Shown here: positions 49,520 through 61,647 of the stretch, piece after piece
Position numbering within the stretch: the first letter of the stretch is position 1
Layout of the letters: each line of letters starts with the position of its first letter
The notes under the pieces: generated by a model
Seen by the model: the letters and a program-made list of their open reading frames with translations, nothing else
Databases searched by the model: none
Told to the model about the DNA's origin: nothing
Program-made: the position numbers and the translations under genes
Source: Raja brachyura
Taxonomy: Eukaryota
DNA length: 64,000 nucleotides
Reading direction: 5' to 3'
Assembly: GCA_963514005.1 (NCBI GenBank)
Contig: OY740789.1
Location: 41,850,001 to 41,914,000 of the forward strand

Positions 49520-50689
49520 CTGCAAGTAAAAAGAGTTAGGGAATTAATATTTCAAATATATTACATCAACTTTTCATTTTGTTCTGATACACTTTACCTG
49601 GTCAACCCAAGCTACTCTACAACCCTGAAAAACAATTAAGTTTGAGTTCAGAATCTGGCAAGCTCTTGAGCCAAGAGTACTTATTCTACCTCAGTTGCAA
49701 ATACAAATATGTCACATAGTAGTGCTAATATACTTAATTCATTATTGCTAAATAATCAGCATCGCAAAGATTTGGAAGTACAAGAAATATCGATGATCTT
49801 TTTAGATCATAAATAACTATTCTATGTTGCAAATTGCCAAACATGTAGACCACAACCACTCATCCATGTAGTAACATAAACTTATATATTCCATTCCTTT
49901 AAAATTGTAAACCTATTTTTGCTCACAATTGTCCTGCAGCTACATGCCAAATATCTTTGCTGCTGTGCTTGCAAGCTGTGTACTTATCCCATGCTGGAGC
50001 TGAAGTTTCCTTCGACTGGCTTTACATTCGCCTGCAAAATTACTTTCCCTCTTATATTTCTTACTGGACACAATGTGACTTAACTGATAATATTTAATGC
50101 CAGTGCTAGCTTGCACATGGAAAACATATGATTCAGCAAGTTAAAATAACTTGCAATTACACTATAGTGGATTTAACATAGAATAATGACTAAGTAATTC
50201 TATTGACAGGAGCAAGTTTTTTTTTTAAATCACCAAATGCTTGGTAGACGGCACTTCCCTTTTCGTCACCATCCTATCCACCATCCAGGAACGCAAACAG
50301 ACTTTCCAAATGAAGCAGTGGTTCATTTACACTTCTTTCTATCTAGTGCACTGCCTTTGGAGTTCATAATGTGGACAGATTATAATATAAAAACATGCAA
50401 GATAGAATAATATAGAAATGAAGAGTATTTTATAAGGTACGGGATTGTATGGTGTTGGGAATCCAAGGAACCTGGGTTTTATTAGGAAGTCAAACAATTC
50501 ATTAGCTTTCATTACATGTGTATTTGAGTGCAATAGTGCAGATGTCTTGCTCCCTGGCGAGTCTGAGTGTGGAATATTAGATATATATCTGATCTTCCTA
50601 CTATCAGAAAGGTAAGACCTGCCATTCGTGAAAATGCAGCAAAGGTTCCCTACATTCATTCCTGGAACAAGGGCCTTGGCCTATGTTTA

Positions 50690-51127
50690 TGAAGGAACTG
50701 CAGATGCTGGTTTAAACCAAAGACACATAATGCTGGAGTAACTCAGCGAGACAGGCAACATCTCTGGAGAGAAGGAATATATGACATTTTGGGTCCTTCT
50801 TCAGACTGTCAGGGGGTTGGGAGATAGATAGATAGATAGATAAGGGAGCGTGAAGGTGTGAAAATAGGGCAAAGGGAATAGAAAATACAGAATAGATAAT
50901 TGTTAGCTGGGAGAAGGCAACAACAAAGCAAACAGAGATAAAAAGTAGTCGGACAGCAAGACTGGTCAGAGAACTGAGAAGGAAGGAGAGAGAGGGAAAG
51001 CAAGGGTTGCTTGAAGTTAGAGAAGTCAATGTTCATACTGCTGGGGTGTAAGCTGCCCAAGAGTAAAATGAGGTGATGTTCCTCCAATTTGCGCTGGGCC
51101 TCACTTGACAATGGAGGAGGCCCAGGG
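50690..51127 (-). mobile_element. Penelope 3' fragment inserted in decayed CR1
   Basis: SEAQRKLEEHHLI..LGSLHPS.MNIDFSNFK; TSD CTATGTTTA at 50681 and 51128. Confidence 0.8.
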
Positions 51128-51866
51128 CTATGTTTACTGGAATCGGAAATATTGAGAGGTTATCAATGTACAAGATTCCTACATGGTTTAACCAGGTAGA
51201 TTGGAGTTCATGTCTCTCCTGACTAGGGTATACAGAACCTAGATGGCTGTCTAGACAAAAAAAAGGCTAGCAAGAAATTTCTCTCGGATAGCGGCTCTTC
51301 CGAATTCTCCACAAATGTAGACTGTAGGAACATTTGCTGAATTTATTCAAGACAGAGATTGATTGATTTATACATTCAGAAAATCTGGGGAAATGGGGCT
51401 TGTGTAGAAAAGTAGCACCAGAAATATAGCCACATTCCCATTTAAATGTGGAACAGCAGCACTCCATTTGGCTGCTCTTGTTTTTATTTCATGTGTTTCA
51501 ATATTAATGATAGGTGTACAGGTTATGTTATTAATCTTTGATTCTTCTTTTGCATCTAATTTTGTCCTCAATCATCCTGATTTCATGCCAATGTTATACT
51601 GATTGGCCTGGTTACAGATTTATCACTTTTCTTGAATAGGGATACATTGCCATTCCTACATCTCTTTGGCATCATGCTTTTACCCCACTAAGGTGGAATA
51701 AAAGACAGCGACAAGTGCATTCTCATCTTTACATATGATGTAGGAAGCCAATCAGCCTGTTATATATATGCTGGCTCTCAGAATTAATCAATCCCATTCA
51801 ATTACTTTCCCGTAACGTATTCTCTATCCTAAGCATTAAAGCCCGCTGAAGTTCGCATCACATATA

Positions 51867-52901
51867 TAGGTATGTTACAAAACTTACCTTCAGCGGCACT
51901 GCAGTTCTGTCACTGGCCGTGTGCGCGACTTTGGCGCCTTTGAGAGGGGGGGCGGGGCAAAATGTGTTTTTTCTTCAGACTATTCAAATCGATTTTGAAC
52001 AGACTGTTTAGTTGCTGAAGAAAAATCACGGACTGACGTTTTATTAAGTTTATTGAAAATAGCGCTGGATAATTTAATAGCAGGAGTAAAATTAAAATCA
52101 TCTTCTAATGCCATCAACACCGACAACGGGACGGATTTCAAGTAGAGGACAAGGCAAGGTACACCGTTTATTGTTTCATATAAACTTGCTTCTTAGGATG
52201 CCTTTAATCAAAATGTCACGTTGCGAAAAGATGACTTAGAACCCATACGAACCAGCAGTATTTTTCCTGCCGATATGGGGTTTAAATTCACCACAACGTT
52301 ACAATCGATCGCGTTCCACAAAATCCCACTTGCAAGATGATTAAAATGGCCATTAATTTACGGGAATTAAACTTTAAATTCCTTCCATTTGGCCTATAAA
52401 TTAATGACAATGAGATTTTAAAATCATGTTATATTGTGAATTATTGTGTGAATGTTATTTGGACACTTGGGCTTTTAAAAAATATTAATCTTTTCTTAAG
52501 AAATTGATAGACGTTTATATCTAGTAATTGAATTTTGTAATTAGCTACAATTAGGTAACTAACTAATTTATGCTTTAATTTCAGGTCATCCAAGTAAGAT
52601 TGTTTCATATTTGTTTCAGAATGCTTCAATATATAATAACTGAAAATGTCATTCAGTTCTCTTAATTTTTAAGAAAGTTATGGGCTTTTGACTGTCCTTG
52701 ATCACAGCTTTTGTGTTAAGTCAATGGTAAAGCAATAGGAAACAAGATGCTAATTTCCGAGTATGAAAATAGCCATAACGTTTTTAATACTGAAGATATG
52801 AAAGTGAATTAGGTGTCAAATTAAACTTCTTTTTACGCTTCGTCTGATGGGATAAATTGCAGACTTGATTTTTAAAATCTCAAAATGTTGTAACATTGCT
52901 A
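51867..52901 (+). mobile_element. Second copy of the TAG...CTA TIR transposon (7-bp TSD)
   Basis: TAGGTATGTTACAAAA ... TTGTAACATTGCTA; TSD ACATATA (51860-51866, 52902-52908); colinear with 43343-44371. Confidence 0.85.
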
Positions 52902-52906
52902 ACATA

Positions 52907-53766
52907 TAGTGCCCTCCATAATGTTTGGGACAAAGACCCATCATTTATTTATTTGACCCTGTACTCTACAATTTGAGATTTGTAATTGAAAAAATAATCA
53001 TATGTGGTTAAAGTGCACATTGCCAGATTTTATTAAAGGCCATGTTTATACATTTTGATTTCACCATGTAGAAATCACAGCTGTGTTTAAACATAGTTCC
53101 CTCATTTCAGGGCTCCATAATGTTTGGGACACATGGCTTCACAGGTGTTTGTAATTGCTCAGGTGTGTTTAATTGCCTCCTTAATGCACGTACAAGAGAG
53201 CTATCAGCACCTAGTCTTTCCATCATCTTTGGAAACATTTATTGCTGTTTATCAAGATGATGAGCTAAAAAAATGGTCAATTCTTGAGTGGCCAAGTCAA
53301 TCATCCAATCTGAACCCAATTGAGCATGCCTTTTATATGCTGAAGAGAAAACTGAAGAGGACTAGCCACCAAAACAAACATAAGCTAAAGATAGCTGCAA
53401 TACAGGTCTGGCAGAGCATCACTAGAGAAGACACCCGGCAACTGGTGATGTTCATGAATCACAGACTTCAAGCAGTCATTGCATGCAAAAGGATAGGCAA
53501 CAAAATACTAAACATGACTACTTTCATTTACATGACATTGCTGTGTCCCAAACATTATGGTGCCCTGATATCGGGGAACTATGTATAAACGCAGCTGTAA
53601 TTTCTACACGGTTAAACCAAAATGTATAAAACCAGCCTTTATTAAAATCTGACAATGTGCACTTTAACCACACATGATTTTTTTCTATTACAAATCTTAA
53701 ATTGTAGAGTACAGGGGCAAATAAATAAATGATGGGTCTTTGACCCAAACATTATGGAGGGCATTG
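52907..53766 (+). mobile_element. Internally deleted Tc1 element (same family as 30676)
   Basis: Both ~210-bp IR/DR TIRs present, TA flanks; only the C-terminal WPSQSSNLNPIE fragment remains. Confidence 0.92.
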
Positions 53767-55387
53767 TATGATCTAGTTACTTGGGTGACTGCAGCTAAAA
53801 TATCAGGGCACTGATATGAGAGGCGATGGTACTGTTAGATTCAGATTTTGAAACTACAATTCTTTGTTGATATTTTAATTGAAATTAAAAGTTTATATTT
53901 TGAGGTGTTTGATTGGAATACAGAAAATGTAGCACACAAACTTTGAACAATTAGCCTTACAAGCAACTAAATGATATAAAAATGGATTTTAAAATAAAAG
54001 CCAGCCAAAGGATAAGCCTTGGTTAGGAAACAAAGGACAACACTTTTCCATCAAACTTAAACAGTGGGATCTATAATATGAACCAAAGAGAGCAGTTTGA
54101 TTTTCAGTTTAACATCTATCCAAAAATAACTATTAGAAAAACAAGGAACAGCACATGCTAGTTTACAAAAACAAGTGCTGGAGTAAGTCAACAGGTCGTG
54201 CGCTGACTTTGTGGACAAGTCGTTGGAGTGCAACTTGAAATCTACACAATTTAATTCAAAAGATGCAAGTGCTATCATGGGTGACAAAATGCATTACTGC
54301 ATTGCAAAATGTAAGTCGTATATTGGAAAATAAACTCAACACCTCGGTACAAAAACATATTTTTAAATAATAATTATGAATTATATTGCATTTGTTAGAC
54401 TTGCATTTATATTAGGCAACGTTGTACTTGATTTGCCTTCAATGCTGTTTGCAAAGAGCAAGTTCTGAATTAACTTTAAAATGTTTTAAAAGCACCATCT
54501 ATACATCCAGTACAGTCAGCAACATTTACATTCACTTTCGGTGTTATGTGCATCAAATTCTAGTATTGAATTTGAATAAACACATCCCTAGACCTAGGAG
54601 ATCACAAAAAAAATTGAGTCAGCTGCAAGTTAATCAAAGAAAGAACTAAAAAAACAATAGCACAGCATCAGAACCATTTCGTTGATCTACTCCATATATT
54701 CCTTAAGTGTTTTGTTTTGCAATTCATTGGAATATTGTAGTAACTGGAAATGTATTTTGAAGTAGTACGGAAAAGTAAAAATATTCATTCAGAAAATATT
54801 TAAATTTGTTCAGGAAGAAAAGTACACACATTTACTTAGGATAATTAACCGAATCATAAAGGGTTTGTGTTAGTATCGTGTAAACCTAACTATTTCCTGT
54901 TTGGAGCAGATTAAATCATTAAACGAGTTAAATTGAATAGAGGGGTCAAATGTTTACTTTTCCAATGAACTTTCAAAATATACTGCAATCTTTCTTGAAA
55001 TTGAAAGCACATATACTCCAAGCAATATGTTAAAATACAAATCAAAAAATTATTCCCATATATAGTCACAATTATTGTTTTCCAGAAATTAGACATATTA
55101 CGACAAAAGGGAGAAAACAAACATTGGCCACCTAAATCAGTGGATCTTTGGAAAGATCTGGCCATCTAATCTCTGGAAAGGATAGTAGATTTACATTTTA
55201 GATATCCATCTCTGACAGTAATGATTCAGGAAACATCGAGGCTCTTTTGCCAGTAATTGACTCAACTACAAATTAGCCTAAAGAAAACAAAAGCCTGATC
55301 AACCCATAAACGGGGGCGACCAGAAACTACGTTCAGTTGAACACGATTCTGCACTTCCACCAGGCAGCCCGGTTGTCAGATACCAAC

Positions 55388-55493
55388 CTATGACAACCCT
55401 AAGATGCTTCAATCTCGTCAGTACATCTTTCTTCGGATCCAAGACTTTCTGCGTCGATTTCTTCACATCGCCGTGAGTTTTTTTGGAAAACAT
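55388..55493 (-). CDS. RALGAPA1: RALGAPA1 coding exon 1 (106 nt)
   Basis: ATG at 55493; [35 protein letters not shown]; donor G|GTTGGT. Confidence 0.95.
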
Positions 55494-56560
55494 CCCGCTC
55501 CCTCGACTTAAGCACTGGGCGCGCTGCGTTCTTTCCCTGCTTGAAACTTTTTATGCAAAATGAAGATCGGAATGACGGCCTGTAAAGCTCCTCATAACCG
55601 AAGCGCTCTGTGAAAACGCCAGCCCCATGCAGGAGGCAGCCCCGAGCGAACACTGCCCACTGAACAACCGTCAACCGCCAACATGGCCGACCTCAGCAGG
55701 ACAAACAAGCGGCACGCTTCATCGAAACCAGAGAATTTCGAGCGGCCTGCAAACCCAACGGCATCCCATCACCGGCCTTCCGACCGCAACATAAACCCAT
55801 GACAGGCAGTAACTCCAAAACATGAGCTTAGTGCAGCTGAAATGATTCACAAAGCCCAGCCTTGGCCCTAGCGTAGCGACTGCTCGGTTGCTGTTTAATC
55901 AGGGCTGCTCTGCCGCTGTTTGCGGGCGCCGGTCGCAGATGTTTTCGGGGGGTGTAGTTCGTACCATCCAATCGTTCACAACGGCAGCTGGCGGTTGGAC
56001 TACAACACCCAAGGTACCCCGGCGCCCCAAAAGCGCCTGTTAGCGCGCTTCCATTCGATCCCCGTATGCCTCGCCCCACCGCTCTCCTATTGGTGGCAAT
56101 AGGAACGGGACTCCCTTGTCCAGGCCGGTGAATGGTCAGTCTGACTGTCAAGCAGCCGAGTCGCACTACCGCCCCCTTCCGCTATTATCGAATTGGGGGA
56201 AAATGTGATTTTGCGGCGCTGTGGACGTTCAGTGTCGTTAAACTGAACCACGGTGTTTGTGTTTTGATTTTTTTTTAATTTGCTGCCGATATGCCTGTTC
56301 ATTCACGAGAAAAGAAAGAAAACAATCACGAAGACATGGATGTCGACTACCCGGAGAATGAAGGGAGTAGTACGGATGAGGAAGACACGGAGAGCTCCTC
56401 TGTGTCAGAGGATGGGGACAGTTCAGGTGAGTGTAGGCCAAAAATCTCCACACATGCGGGGCTACTGGCCAGCTGCGGCCGGCAGAAATCGTGGTTCTCC
56501 AATACCTCGACTACTCTTCATCCACGCAACGTTTGTCCGTGTTTAGAAATCCGCTTTGAC
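55400..56560. promoter_or_regulatory. CpG-island bidirectional promoter shared by RALGAPA1 and BRMS1L
   Basis: CpG-rich, TE-free stretch between divergent ATGs about 800 bp apart. Opposed ACTACA-n-CCC (ZNF143/THAP11-type) motifs at 55942-55960(-) and 55997-56013(+), CCAAT boxes at 55968 and 56089, a GC box near 56071, and YY1-like CAACATGGCCG near 55679. Confidence 0.8.
56291..56426 (+). CDS. BRMS1L: BRMS1L coding exon 1 (136 nt)
   Basis: [46 protein letters not shown]|gtgagt. Confidence 0.95.
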
Positions 56561-56769
56561 AACTGTTATCGTCTGTTTATGACATGTGTCCCATCTTCTC
56601 TTCCTGCCTGACCCCTCCATCCATCTTACCACTCCACCCTCCCTCACTCCATTCTCCCCCTCCATCACCCCAGCTTTACCTCTGCCTGAAGCTGAGAGTC
56701 ATTCAGTATAGAATCGGGGCCCTTCGGCCCAACCCTGTCCATCCATGTCCCATTTGCCTGCCGCCGCCA

Positions 56770-57010
56770 GAGACTATGGCGGTGTTATCTGCCGAATTTG
56801 TACATTCTCCCATTGACTATGTGGGTCTTTTCAGGGTGCTCCGGTTTCCCCCCACTTTCCAAAGGCTCGCAGGTTTGTAGGTTAATTTACTTCTGTGAAT
56901 TGCCGTCTGGGGTGTGCGACATCGAACTAGTGTACAGGTGATCAATGGTCGGCGTGAACTCGGTGAGCTGAAGGGCCAGTTTCTACGCTGTATCTCTAAA
57001 CTAAATTAAA
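56770..57010 (+). mobile_element. HE1/V-SINE
   Basis: V-domain (TTTGTACATTCTCCC...GGGTGCTCCGGTTTCCCCC) and CR1-like tail GGGCCAGTTTCTACGCTGTATCTCTAAACTAAA. Confidence 0.75.
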
Positions 57011-58062
57011 ATCCCTCTATACCTTTCCTTTACATGAACCTGTCCATGTGCCTTTTAAATACTGTTATAGTACCATGTCTCAACTACCTCCTGTTACAGC
57101 TCATTCCATATACCCACCAGCCTCGAGTGAATAAATTGTACTTGTGTTCCTATTAAACCTATGTCTTCAGGTTCTTCTTTCCCTTAATCTGGGGGGGGGG
57201 GGGGGGGGGGGAGAAGTGTGCATTTACCCTAACTATTCCTGTCATGATTGTTTACTTTTCACCCCTTCATGCACCAGATCCTCCATAACCCACTCTCGTC
57301 TGCTCCTTATTTTCTCCTCTTGAAGTCCTCTTGAACTGTTCAAGCCCCTGCCCTGTTCACAGCTATAAAATGTTTTTCAGTAGTTTTGGGAATTTCCTGG
57401 AATCGGGGAAAACAGGAAAAAATGATTGGCATGCAATTACAGATTATGTGCTAGATTAAACTGGATTTAAGACTCTCAACAAGGTAATCATCCCTTTCTT
57501 GTTTCTCAAGCTCCATTCACGTAGCCTCACCAGATATTGATTAATGACTATCAGTTTTTGATTATGAGGGTGCAAACCTATTTATATTTAACAATTTTTT
57601 TAAAACTGAAGTCACAGTGAGATGATGGGGGAGAGACACATGAATGATTAAAAACTGTGTTAATGTTTGCAAATTAATCATGGGTCTGCTTACTGAGTAC
57701 TCTTTCAGAATTTAAAGGATAGGAGAAAGACAAAAAAATCTGGCAGGCATCTCCCAGAAGACAACAGGATATGTTTTAAACATCATTTTGGGGGGGAACC
57801 AACTTAAATCGTATTATGGTAGATGTTTTAGGGGAATCCTTAAAGGCAAGAATTGTACTGCTACTTGGGAATGTCATTCAAACAATAAAAGAATGATACA
57901 AGAAACTAGAATTTTGCAGATAAAATAAGAGTCAAGTCTTTGAAGGCTGATTAAGGATATATGATGAGGGATGGTCAATTCATGTCAGATTGGATTGAGA
58001 ATAAGTAGTAGGCCTGTTGCAAATAGGTGTGAAGGCTGGAGGATTTCATCAATATACGTGAA

Positions 58063-58275
58063 GATAAACACAAAATGCTGGAGTAACTCAGTAGATCAGG
58101 CAGCATCTCTGGAGAAAAGGAATAGGTGGCACAAAATGCTGTAGTACCTCAGCGGGTCAGGCAGCATCTCTGGAGAATGAGACCTTTTCTGCAAAGATGC
58201 TGCCTGACCCGCTGAGGTACTCCAGCATTTCGTCTATCTTTGGTGTAAACCAACATCTGCAGTTCTTTCCTACAC
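58063..58275. mobile_element. Penelope-pLTR-derived pieces in direct and inverted arrangement
   Basis: CACAAAATGCTG.AGTA.CTCAG...GCAGCATCTCTGG twice, then the reverse-complement copy. Confidence 0.65.
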
Positions 58276-59052
58276 ATCAATATATGTGAATTGATCTTAA
58301 GGTAAAATAATGCAAAATCATGAAGTTATTAATAAAATCATATAATATTGATGTGATCACTTGCTTGTATACCATAGGTAGAGGGATGTTTGGATTTAAT
58401 AGGAAAGGTCTTTATAGTTTACCAGATGTGCGGTGAAACTTTTTTACTTAAAAGCCGAATAATCTCATTATTGACAGCATAAGAGATGGAGGTTGACTTG
58501 AAATTTGCTTTGTGTTATACGTTTATCACTATTACAAAGCTATTAACAGCCTTGAAGTGCAATGAATCAATGGAATGTTTTTGACATAATTGGAAAAGAG
58601 TGAAGTCTTTATCATTGTCTGTTTGAAAATAGTTTTGAACCTATTAGACTTTTTAAATATACATTTAAAGAACTGTTTCTTGGAGAGCATTTTTATTCGC
58701 GTTTTGCCAAAGCTCCATCAGCAGTTCGCAAATGTTGCTGATTACATAAAGCAGAATGACCAAGCTGCAATGAAGAGTAACATTAACAAATTCACTTTCA
58801 AAAATCAGAGTATATTAAATGATTGTAAATTATTTTCAAATTTCCAAGAGCAATTGCCATTTTATTGTCAGTTAGGAGAAGCTCCCCACTTTAGTGCTTG
58901 GTGTAGATTGTATTTATTCATTTAATATCTCCTTAATTTGAGATGATAATCTTTCAGATTGGTTTGAATTCTGGTCCTCTAGGTGATAATCACTGCCTAT
59001 CATCATTCCTTTAAACATCTGTTTCAAAGATAGTAAAATTAATATCTTACAG

Positions 59053-59143
59053 AAATGGACGACGAAGATTGTGAAAGGAGAAGAACAGAGTGTTTAGATG
59101 AAATGTCCAATTTGGAGAAACAGTTTACAGATCTAAAAGAACA
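59053..59143 (+). CDS. BRMS1L: BRMS1L exon 2 (91 nt)
   Basis: ttacag|[31 protein letters not shown]|gtaagc. Confidence 0.96.
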
Positions 59144-60846
59144 GTAAGCCCATTTAAATTTTTTTAGTTTATAGTTTTTGAATTATGGGTATAGGTAAAA
59201 ATGCTCAAGTTATTTAGTATTGTTTCTTGTCAAATATTTGGAACTGGTTAATTGTATTCCTACTCTACCAATAGGTCATATGTTTCCAATGTAATGAAAC
59301 AAAACCATTATGAAGAGCCAGGAAAATCCTTCCACAGTTGTTTTGTTTTTGTGAATACCACTTAAGAATTATGAATGGTACCATAATTGTTGATTGAAAA
59401 ATAAACTTTTATGGTTAACAGTTCCTAAAATGCATCATATGAAATCTAAGCCTTAGAAAACTATCTTTGCCATCAGTTAATGCAATCTGATATCCTATAA
59501 TTAGTCTCTTCCAGTATAATAAGTCAACAGGTTGCTAGATCCTCATTTAGAGTCAAGTTCGCTGACCCAGCCGAAAAAGTGAGATTGTCAAATTGAATTG
59601 CCAGATTATCCTTACCTGGTTTTAAAGGGAATACATGTGTATTCATCTTTGTAAATCCTAGTTAAAGTTTTTTCCATTTTAACTACTGTGTAGAAATTGT
59701 TTTGAAATGGTCAGATTGCAGAGTGTTCTAGATTTACCATTAAGAAATTTTGTGACAATGATATGGTGGCCCTTGAGATTGACATGATATGGAAATTGAC
59801 AAGCAATGGCTTTGACACTTGTGCATGATGGACACAAAGTGCTAGAGTAACTCAGCAGATCGGGCACTATCTCTAGAGAGCACGGAGAGGTGGTGCCGAT
59901 ACACCCCTGGCCTGGACTGATTCCAGCTGGCACCACCTTCCCAGCCAGTACCAAGCTGGGCTGATGATGCCATCCCTGGCACACGCTGTTTTCCAGGCTG
60001 GGCTACCGACATTAACCTGACCGCTTCCAGGTAGCTCCTACTGACCTGCACCGCCAGGCCAAGCTGCCGACACCATCCCTGCAATGCCTCCCTAACTGGT
60101 TCCAGACCGTGCCTGCTGCTGACGCTTACCTGCACTCTAGTCGTCTGAGGGCAAGGGGCATCATCCCACCTGGATTCCAGGCATAGTTCCCGACCGAGAG
60201 TAAAGAAGTCCAGAGCTGAAAAGTTGGCCATCCATGTTCTCCAGTGATGCTGCCTGACCCACTGAGTTACTCTAGCACTTTCTGTCCATTTGTGTTTTAA
60301 CTGCAATCTGTAGTTTTTTGTTTCAACTTCTCATACATAATCCATTACTATGCTTGATTATTGCAGACAATTGGCAATAGCAGACACCATTCCCCGCCCC
60401 TGGTGGCCCGTTATAACAAGGGCTTACTGTACTCGCAGAGTTGACCTTGGCTGACTCACCTGCTATTCAAGCCTCTTTAGAGTTTGTTGGGTCTTTCATG
60501 AGTTTGAAACTTCTATCCTTAAGTCTCTGTCAGTTCTATATCTCTGTGACTGTGACCCAAGATTTTATTTCATGTTTAGTACAAACATTTCCATGATGCT
60601 CAGTTTATATTTTGCTTTAGATTCTTTAAAAAAAAAGTAACTTTTAAGATGAAGTATTGTTACAATAGGTTTTTTTTTCTGACTAATACATGCTGGATTG
60701 GATTTCAGCAAACCGCCATTTGCACCCTCATTTTGTCATAGTTAGCACCAGTAAAAAATATTTCCTGATAACTTGGTGCCAAATTCAGCCACACATTCTC
60801 ATGCAATCATTATTAAACTTGTAACTTAAACAGTTCTCAGTAAATA

Positions 60847-60940
60847 TGAAGAAGGGTCTCGACCCGAAACGTCACCCATTCCTTCTCTCCAGAGATGCTG
60901 CCTGTCCCGCTGAGTTACTTCAGCATTTTGTGTCTACACT
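60847..60940 (+). mobile_element. Penelope pLTR fragment with hammerhead-like core
   Basis: TGAAGAAGGGTCTCGACCCGAAACGTCACCC...; the first C of CUGA is missing. Confidence 0.7.
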
Positions 60941-61519
60941 CAGTAAGTCAAGATGACCTGATAAACCAAAAATTAGTGTGTGAAGGACAAACCTAGGGCG
61001 GAAGTCAGGAAGTATTTCATTTCCCAATCGCTCGTCATTATTCAGAGCTGACTGAAATTTTGTTGCTTCTTTTGAGTTACTCCAGTATTGACGTTTTTTT
61101 CTTTAAAATCAGTATTTGCAATTTTTGTGTTTCCTCTTTCTGGCAATTGGATGGAGATTTGAAAAATGAATTACTAGCACTCAGATCTATCCTAATGCCA
61201 CACCTTTTTATATTTGAAGTGAGGTTTAAAGAAATGTGACCTGTAGCTGAGTCTTTAATGTCACACTTTTAATATAGTTCAGAACTAATTCATGACGACC
61301 ACACATTAACCACTATGACCGAACTGTAAATTCTAGTCGATTTTTCTTAAGTTATGTACATTACAATAAAAGTTGTGCTAAACTATTCATGATAATCTTA
61401 ATTTGGTGCTGCCAATATTTCTTTTAAATTGATGAGATTTGCCAAATTTTAGAGCATATTTGAATTAGCTAAAGCCAACTATTAAAATTATTTAAACTAA
61501 TTGGTGTTTTTATTTCCAG

Positions 61520-61647
61520 GTTATACAGGGAAAGATTAAGCCAAGTGGAAGCAAAGCTTGAGGAAGTTATAGCAGGGAAAGCTCCAGAATATTTGGAACC
61601 TTTAGCAGCTTTGCAAGAGAATATGCAAATCCGAACAAAAGTTGCAG
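61520..61647 (+). CDS. BRMS1L: BRMS1L exon 3 (128 nt)
   Basis: ttccag|[43 protein letters not shown]|gtaaat. Confidence 0.96.

Larger units (their letters stand above)
3840..55493 (-). other. RALGAPA1: RALGAPA1 gene, 5' part (coding exons 1-11; gene continues beyond position 1)
   Basis: Eleven GT-AG exons splice in frame to [22 protein letters not shown]...[12 protein letters not shown]...[22 protein letters not shown]...[22 protein letters not shown], matching the Ral GAP catalytic alpha-1 N-terminus. The neighbouring BRMS1L supports alpha-1 over alpha-2 (recalled synteny). Confidence 0.95.
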
